A DNA stretch of 31,394 nt from a virus (taxonomy: Duplodnaviria > Caudoviricetes). The notes below the pieces were generated by a model. The model was not told the origin of the DNA, did not search any database, and was given only the letters and a program-made list of their open reading frames with translations. The first letter of the stretch is position 1. Every line of letters starts with the position of its first letter. Shown here in pieces: positions 25,026 through 31,394 of this stretch. Both the position numbers and the translations under genes were made by a program. The stretch spans positions 1-31,394 of IMG/VR virus record IMGVR_UViG_3300030372_000757; one strand, given 5' to 3'.

Positions 25026-26237
25026 ATGAGTGATGAAATCAAATCTGTAATAGACAATTTGAATTCTACTTTTGAAGATTTCAAAAGCGAGAACGCAAAG
25101 CGACTAGACGAGATTGAAAAGAAAGGCTCTGCTGATCCACTTCTTGTTGAAAAGGTAGACAAAATGGCTGATGACATTTCTAAAATGTCTGAAACCAAAC
25201 AAGCTATTGAGATTCAAGAAAAGAATTTAGCAGAAGCACAAGCAAAGCTAGATAACTTAGAAACAGTTATTGCTAGACCAAATACAGGCGAATCAAAAGA
25301 TGTTGATATTCAAATGAAAGCATTTGGTAACTGGCTAAGAAAAGGGGAAATAGATGAAGTTGAGAAGAAAGCACTTTATGAATCAGACGATACATTAGGT
25401 GGTTTCTATGCTCCAGCAGAATATGTAGCAGACTTAATAAAGGGTGTTACCGAGATTTCTCCAATTCGTTCTATAGCTAGAGTTAGAACTACATCAAACA
25501 GAGGTATTGAGATTCCTAAAAGAACAGGTCAATTCTCTGCTTCGTTTGTTGCAGAAACAGGTACTAGATCAGAAACAACAGGATATACCACAGGTCTTAT
25601 GCAAATAGACGCACATGAGCTTTATGCTTTAGTGGATATTTCACAGGCTATGTTGGAAGATTCTGCGTTTGATTTAGAATCAGAGATGTCAGAAGAGTTT
25701 GGTACACAGTTTGCGAAAGCAGAAGGTACTGCATTTGTATCTGGTAACTCTGTAGGTAGACCACAAGGCTTTACTGATACAACTGCTGGTGTTGGCACAA
25801 CCAACTCTGGAAGTGGTACAGCTTTAACTGCAAATGGTCTTGTTGACCTTACAATGGCTATCAAGTCTGACTATATGGCAAACGCAACTTTTGTGATGAA
25901 CAGAGCTACATTTGCTGATGTATTAAAGTTAGAAGATACCGAAGGTCAAAAAATATTTGTCAATGCTATGAGTTATGTTGGTGGCACTCCATCAACAATC
26001 TTAGGTAAGCCATATATTTTAGCTGAAGATATGCCAGATGTTGGCGGATCAGCTAAACCTATAGCTTATGGAGATTTCTCAAGAGCCTATACTATTGTTG
26101 ACCGAGTAAATCTATCAGTAATGAGAGATCCATTCTCACAAGCAACAAGTGGTAATATTCGTTATGTCGCCAGACGAAGAGTTGGTGGTGCTGTAGTTTT
26201 AGCGGAAGCGATTAGACTACAAAACATTTCTGCATAA
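25026..26237 (+). CDS. HK97-fold major capsid protein
   Basis: Coiled-coil delta domain, GGFYAP, AFVSGN...PQG, ILGKP, IAYGDF, RRVGG; GGAG RBS favours ATG 25026 over 25014. Confidence 0.95.
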   Translation: MSDEIKSVIDNLNSTFEDFKSENAKRLDEIEKKGSADPLLVEKVDKMADDISKMSETKQAIEIQEKNLAEAQAKLDNLETVIARPNTGESKDVDIQMKAFGNWLRKGEIDEVEKKALYESDDTLGGFYAPAEYVADLIKGVTEISPIRSIARVRTTSNRGIEIPKRTGQFSASFVAETGTRSETTGYTTGLMQIDAHELYALVDISQAMLEDSAFDLESEMSEEFGTQFAKAEGTAFVSGNSVGRPQGFTDTTAGVGTTNSGSGTALTANGLVDLTMAIKSDYMANATFVMNRATFADVLKLEDTEGQKIFVNAMSYVGGTPSTILGKPYILAEDMPDVGGSAKPIAYGDFSRAYTIVDRVNLSVMRDPFSQATSGNIRYVARRRVGGAVVLAEAIRLQNISA

Positions 26238-26248
26238 GGGAGATTATT

Positions 26249-26680
26249 ATGAGAGATATTTCAAATAGAACTAAGGCAGTTACTTGTCAAGACGCAAAAA
26301 TATTTACAGCAGATACAAATGGAACTACTGTAGATACGATTGGTTTTGAATCAGTAATGTTCATTGTGAACTCTGGTATTGAAGGAGATACATTATCAAG
26401 TAGTGTGAAGTTTGAATTTATACTACAAGAATCAGATGATGATTCTACATTTTCTGCTGTTACAAGCTCTACATCTGTAACAGAGACAAGTGTTGATAGC
26501 TCTGGTATTTTCTTGACACTAGACGCAAATGGCGAGACACCACAGACAAGCCAAATTGGTTATATCGGTGGTAAGAGATATGTGAGGGTTAAAATTGACG
26601 CAACAGGAACTCACAGCACAGGAACACCGATAAGTGTTCAAGCTGTATTGGGTAATCCTATTGATTCAACAGACGCATAA
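26249..26680 (+). CDS. Probable capsid decoration / minor structural protein
   Basis: Immediately after the capsid gene; beta-rich, LQESDD...GYIGGKRYVRV. Confidence 0.6.
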   Translation: MRDISNRTKAVTCQDAKIFTADTNGTTVDTIGFESVMFIVNSGIEGDTLSSSVKFEFILQESDDDSTFSAVTSSTSVTETSVDSSGIFLTLDANGETPQTSQIGYIGGKRYVRVKIDATGTHSTGTPISVQAVLGNPIDSTDA

Positions 26681-26779
26681 TATCTGATAAGTTTGTGGGG
26701 AGTGGTTTTGATTGCTCATTGTCTGCTCCTCACTCTTATATTGATTAGATAGTGTTTTAATAATATTATGTAATGAATA

Positions 26780-27034
26780 ATGGAGAGAAATATGAAAATA
26801 AAAATGATGGCTGATGTAAAGGCTTCTTGCAACGAATCTGGTAACGCAACTAGAATTTACAAAACAGATGAAATAATCGATTGCGAAAAACAATGGCAAA
26901 AAGATATTGCGACAAATTTTTTAAATAGTAATTTAGCAATCGAAGTTAAGATTGACGAGCCAAAAGAAACTAAAGCTAAAACCAAGACCAAGAAAAAAGC
27001 AACCAAGAAAAAAGCCACTAAGTCTAAAGGTTAA
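26780..27034 (+). CDS. Small protein with a Lys-rich tail
   Basis: GGAG RBS (ATG 26792 possible); KAKTKTKKKATKKKATKSKG C-terminus. Confidence 0.65.
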   Translation: MERNMKIKMMADVKASCNESGNATRIYKTDEIIDCEKQWQKDIATNFLNSNLAIEVKIDEPKETKAKTKTKKKATKKKATKSKG

Positions 27035-27039
27035 TCATT

Positions 27040-27606
27040 ATGGCTAGAACGATTGGTAGCACATTTTCTACGCAATTATCTAGCACTCAAACTAGACCAT
27101 TTTATGCAGTAGAATTTTTGTACACGCAAACCTTGAGAATATGGACAGGGTATGGAGATTTTTCTATATTAGGGCAAACATACTCTGGTTTAGGTAATTT
27201 ATTATCAATAGGTCAAGTTCAAGAATCAGCAGAAACCAAAGCTACTGGAATAAAAGTATCGGCTAGTGGTTTAAATACTGATGTTCTAGCAAGTGCATTG
27301 ACACAAACACAGCAAGGAGTAGTAGTAAATGTTTATTTTGGAGTGCTAACAACCACAAGTAATGCTCTTGCTATTGTAGATGATCCATATCAAGTTTTTT
27401 CTGGTTTTGTAGATAGTGTTGCAATAGCAGAACAAGGAGAAACATCAACTATAGAATACAGCATTGAAAGTAAACTTATATCATTAGAACGACCACTTGA
27501 TTTTAGATATACCGACCAAGACCAAAAACATTTTTTTCCAAATGACAAAGGACTTGAGTTTGTAGATGACTTGCAAGATAAAGAAATAATTTGGGGTGGT
27601 GGGTAA
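27040..27606 (+). CDS. Minor tail / hub protein
   Basis: Y.GLG.L.SI...E, F.G.VD, RYTD.DQ...FP.DKG.EFV..LQ.KEI.WG pattern of siphovirus tail-tip hub genes. Confidence 0.75.
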   Translation: MARTIGSTFSTQLSSTQTRPFYAVEFLYTQTLRIWTGYGDFSILGQTYSGLGNLLSIGQVQESAETKATGIKVSASGLNTDVLASALTQTQQGVVVNVYFGVLTTTSNALAIVDDPYQVFSGFVDSVAIAEQGETSTIEYSIESKLISLERPLDFRYTDQDQKHFFPNDKGLEFVDDLQDKEIIWGGG

Positions 27607-27609
27607 TGT

Positions 27610-28017
27610 ATGATAGATGTTACACCTATAATTAAACTGTATAAACATTTTAACATATATGAAGAATTTACTAATCTTGAGATATTTCATCATATACTAC
27701 AGTCAGTTAATGTAAATCAATACAAGGTTTTTAAAAAAAACAATGAAGTAATTGGCTTTTCTAGCTGGGCTTTTCTTAACGAAGAAGAAGAAAAACATAT
27801 GCTCAACACAGGTCATATACGATCTGGAAAATGGAATAGTGGTAATATAATATGGCAAATGGACATTGTTGCTAAAGAAAACGCAAAAAACATAGCTATA
27901 CAAACAAGACGACACATTACCAATTTAGTTGGTGTAGATAAGATAGTAAAGTGGAAAAGAGGTTATAAAAGTGAAATACTATACAAACAGTTTAAAACTA
28001 AAAGGCACTATTTATAA
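27610..28017 (+). CDS. HlyC-like (RTX toxin-activating lysine acyltransferase family) protein
   Basis: NQY...IGFSSWAFLNEEEE...WNSGNIIWQMDIVA...VKWKR parallels HlyC NQY...YCSWA.L..E.E...W.SGDR.WFIDWIAP. Confidence 0.75.
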   Translation: MIDVTPIIKLYKHFNIYEEFTNLEIFHHILQSVNVNQYKVFKKNNEVIGFSSWAFLNEEEEKHMLNTGHIRSGKWNSGNIIWQMDIVAKENAKNIAIQTRRHITNLVGVDKIVKWKRGYKSEILYKQFKTKRHYL

Positions 28018-31000
28018 TGAGTGATACCATAGCAAAAATAGCAGGAAGTAAAGTTGGTCAATTAGTTATTAGTGCTTATGCTACTCCTTTTGGTGCTTTT
28101 TTAATCAATACAGCTATTAATATTGCTGTATCTGCTGTCCTCTCAAAAGTCCTTGCAAAAAAACCTAAAGCAAACTATTCGGCACAATTACAATCAAGAA
28201 CAGAAATGGTTAAACAGCCAATCATTCCTAGAGATACTGTTTATGGAGAAACAAAAAAATCTGGTGGAATATTATTTATGGAATCAACAAACAACAATCA
28301 AGATTTGCATATTGTTGTTCAAATGGCTTCACACGAAATACAATCTATTGATAAAGTTTATTTTGGAGAAGATGAGCTTACTCTGGCAAGTGCTGGAACA
28401 GATAGTAATGGAATAACTCAATTCAAAGTAACAAGCCCAAGTAAATATGCAACAGAATCAAGATTCACTCAAAAAACTAGAACATTAATAATATCTGAAT
28501 ATGTAGATATTAAATTTAACCGTTCTTTACCTTTTGGTGGTTATCAAATAGTTAATGGCAAAGGTATTGCAAGAGGAACAACATCTATAACTTTGGTGTC
28601 AGATGTTGCATTTTCTGTGTCCACTTCAGATACTTTAAATATAAATGCTGTAACTTATGGTATATCTTCTGGTGGAAGTTCTTCTGCTTCTGGCTCAAGA
28701 CACACTTTAGCTGTTACCATATCGGAAGGATTAAGAACAGATGTAAGAGCAACAGCGATACAATATGGACAACCAACTCCATCTGGCATAGTTCAGACAA
28801 GAATAACCCCATACAGAAATAATCCAAATACACCATTACCATTTTTATCTGGTACATCAACAACGACTGGTTATGCAATAGTAGCAACACAAACATTTTC
28901 TGACAGTTCTGAATTAACAGTAAGAATAAAGCAACATTTGGGTAGCGATACACAACAAGCAGACGCAGACTTAGTTTCAGAAGTATCACAATGGACTGCT
29001 TCCCATATGTTGTCTGGCATAGCTTATCTATATGTTAAGTTAAAATATGACGCAGATGTATTCCCACAAGGTATTCCAAATATAAGTGCAGAAATAAAAG
29101 GAAAGAAAGTTTTAGACTTTAGAACAGGCTCAACTGCATTTTCAAAAAATCCAGCATTAATTTTATATGATTATTTATCTGATACTAGATTTGGTTTATC
29201 TGTTCCCACAACTCAAATAGACACAACATCATTTACTACAGTTGCAAATATTTGTGATGAAGATATTACTTTGTCGGCTGGTGGAACAGAAAATAGATAT
29301 GAAGCAAATGGTATTGTATTCTCTAATGTAGAGCCAATGACAGCTATAGATGAAATTACAGGCTCTATGCTTGGAATATTAAGTTATTCAAATGGAAAGT
29401 TTTTATTAGCTGGTGGTAAATATATTGCTCCTTCAATAACTTTAGATGAAGATGATTTTAGAGGTGGCATAACGATTCAAACCAAACAATCTAGAAGAAA
29501 TTTATTTAATACTGTAAAAGGTATATTTACTAGCCCAGAGAGTAATTGGCAACCATCAGACTATCCAATGGTAACTTCAACCACATTTGTTAGTGAAGAT
29601 AATGATGAAACTATATTTGGTAATATTGATCTGCCTTTTACTATATCATCAACAATGGCTCAAAGAATTGCTAAAGTTGTGTTATTTAAAAACAGACAAC
29701 AAATGGTTATCCAAGCACCATGTAAGTTATCTGCTTTTAAATTACAGGTGGGAGATACAGTTACTATCAATAATTCTAGGCTAGGCTTTAGTTCTAAAAT
29801 ATTTCAAGTTGCAGACTGGACTTTTGTGTCCAGTCAAGATGATGTTGGAATTGATTTAGTGTTGCAAGAAACATCATCTAGTGTGTTTGATTGGAACGCA
29901 GAAGAATCAACTTTTATATCTGATAATACCATTCTGCCAACAGCAGAAACAGTATCAGCACCAGCAATTGAATTATCTGATATTTTAAGAGCATATTCTG
30001 GAGTGATTTCTACAATATTGCTGATTAAAGTAACATCTAGTCAAGGCACAACCAATGAAATAGAAGTTGAGTATAAAAATACTGCAACAGATACCGAATA
30101 TACATCATTAGGCAGAGCAAAGACACTTGGTACATCTATGCGATTTGAATTAAAAGATGTTGAAGATGGTATGACTTATGAAGTCAGAGCAAGAAGTATT
30201 AATGCTTTTAATGTATCATCTGATTTTGCTTCTGCAAATCACGAAGTTGTCGGTAAGACAGCTCCACCAGCAGATGTGTCTAATTTTGCTGTAAATATTG
30301 TTAATAATTTAGCAGTATGTTCTTGGACTGCCAATGAAGAATTAGATTTATCACATTATGTTATTAGACATACTCCAGCCACATCAAGTCCTATTTATGC
30401 TGGTGCAAGTGTTGTAGCTGATAATATATCTATGGCAACGAATGTAATATCTTTACCAGCTCAAACTGGAACATATATGATAAAAGCTGTTGATGTTCTA
30501 GGGATAACTTCGGAAACATCAACAAAAAAAGTAGTTATAAGAAATCAGATAGCAGATGACTTTAATGCTGTTACGACCACAACACAATCAACAGGTTTTG
30601 CTGGAACAAAAACAGATACCGAAGTGGTCGAAAGAGATGGAGTTAATTTTTTACAAATTCTTTTAGGAGAATTATTTGATGACCATACTGGTAATTTTGA
30701 TAGTGCTGTGGGTAACTTTGATGATGGTGGTGAAGTTCAAAACAATCTTGATGGTTTTTACGATTTTAGCACTAATCCTATTGACTTAGGAGCAATTTAT
30801 AATTCATATGTAACAACATCAATGACCAGCACAAGATTTAACGCAAACAGCTTGTTTGACAGCTTTGAAGGACTATTTGACAGCCAAGAAGGTAATTTTG
30901 ATGGTAACTCCACCGAGCAAGATGATGTTACTGCTAAAATCCAAATATCGACCTCTAACGACAATTCTACCTATACTGATTATCAAGATTATGTGTTAGG

Positions 31001-31358
31001 TAATTATAAAGCCAGATACATTAAGTTGAGAGCTAAATTAACGACAACTAATGCTGATTCAACACCAGCGATTTCTGTGTTGTCAGCAAGTATTGATATG
31101 CCAGATAGAACTGTTGCAGTTGCAGATACAGCAAGCACAACCGCTTCTGGTGGTAAAGCAATAACATTCTCACCAGCTTTCAAAGAGTTGCAAGGTCTTG
31201 GAATAAGTGCTAGTAATTTAGCAACTGGGGATTTTTATGAGATAACCAGTAAGTCTGCCACAGGATTTACCATTAAATTTAAAAACAGTAGTGGCTCTGT
31301 TGTTGACAGAACATTTGATTTTGTGGCAAAAGGATATGGATTTTTAGAGAGTAGTTAA
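28017..31358 (+). CDS. Tail tip / central fibre protein (lambda gpJ-like)
   Basis: PR..VYG, GIAYLY...F..G.PN...IKGKKV.D.R, NPAL...DYL, AQRIAK, FN3-like YEVRARSIN. Confidence 0.88.
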   Translation: MSDTIAKIAGSKVGQLVISAYATPFGAFLINTAINIAVSAVLSKVLAKKPKANYSAQLQSRTEMVKQPIIPRDTVYGETKKSGGILFMESTNNNQDLHIVVQMASHEIQSIDKVYFGEDELTLASAGTDSNGITQFKVTSPSKYATESRFTQKTRTLIISEYVDIKFNRSLPFGGYQIVNGKGIARGTTSITLVSDVAFSVSTSDTLNINAVTYGISSGGSSSASGSRHTLAVTISEGLRTDVRATAIQYGQPTPSGIVQTRITPYRNNPNTPLPFLSGTSTTTGYAIVATQTFSDSSELTVRIKQHLGSDTQQADADLVSEVSQWTASHMLSGIAYLYVKLKYDADVFPQGIPNISAEIKGKKVLDFRTGSTAFSKNPALILYDYLSDTRFGLSVPTTQIDTTSFTTVANICDEDITLSAGGTENRYEANGIVFSNVEPMTAIDEITGSMLGILSYSNGKFLLAGGKYIAPSITLDEDDFRGGITIQTKQSRRNLFNTVKGIFTSPESNWQPSDYPMVTSTTFVSEDNDETIFGNIDLPFTISSTMAQRIAKVVLFKNRQQMVIQAPCKLSAFKLQVGDTVTINNSRLGFSSKIFQVADWTFVSSQDDVGIDLVLQETSSSVFDWNAEESTFISDNTILPTAETVSAPAIELSDILRAYSGVISTILLIKVTSSQGTTNEIEVEYKNTATDTEYTSLGRAKTLGTSMRFELKDVEDGMTYEVRARSINAFNVSSDFASANHEVVGKTAPPADVSNFAVNIVNNLAVCSWTANEELDLSHYVIRHTPATSSPIYAGASVVADNISMATNVISLPAQTGTYMIKAVDVLGITSETSTKKVVIRNQIADDFNAVTTTTQSTGFAGTKTDTEVVERDGVNFLQILLGELFDDHTGNFDSAVGNFDDGGEVQNNLDGFYDFSTNPIDLGAIYNSYVTTSMTSTRFNANSLFDSFEGLFDSQEGNFDGNSTEQDDVTAKIQISTSNDNSTYTDYQDYVLGNYKARYIKLRAKLTTTNADSTPAISVLSASIDMPDRTVAVADTASTTASGGKAITFSPAFKELQGLGISASNLATGDFYEITSKSATGFTIKFKNSSGSVVDRTFDFVAKGYGFLESS

Positions 31359-31394
31359 TTTAAAATTATTATGATAATCTAAGTATTATTTTAA
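31341..31394 (+). repeat. 54-bp exact direct repeat, copy 2
   Basis: Identical to 162..215. Confidence 0.95.

Noticed and set aside
26691-26740. Hairpin after the decoration gene as a terminator or ncRNA
   Set aside because: Stem depends on several G-U pairs, the loop is large and there is no clear U-tract or recognisable RNA family.

Overview
The window looks like an essentially complete, circularly permuted genome (unit length about 31,179 bp) of a small AT-rich tailed phage. It has an HK97-type head and a non-contractile, GTA-like tail; a marine alphaproteobacterial host is an inference only. Order on the + strand: tail fibre, neck, tail tube, chaperones (with a -1 frameshift), tape measure, Dit, membrane/holin cluster (228-11052); leftward early genes including ERF, an SSB-like protein and a 2OG-Fe(II) oxygenase (11042-14883); Cro-like HTH, replication initiator, helicase and two DNA methyltransferases (15012-18197); terminase, portal, endolysin and head genes (18231-27034); tail-tip genes (27040-31358). 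I saw no integrase, CI-like repressor, tRNA or CRISPR array. Most notable: (1) two inverted operons about 11 kb apart share one regulatory scaffold (IHF site, consensus sigma70 promoter, repeated start motif, GAAA hairpin) but carry different small genes; (2) an HlyC-like acyltransferase gene is coupled to the tail-tip gene; (3) the portal has a multi-domain C-terminal extension; (4) GATGC/GCATC is nearly absent; (5) a diverged second allele of the tail-tip C-terminus sits at the contig start. All family calls come from motif recognition by eye, not from database searches.
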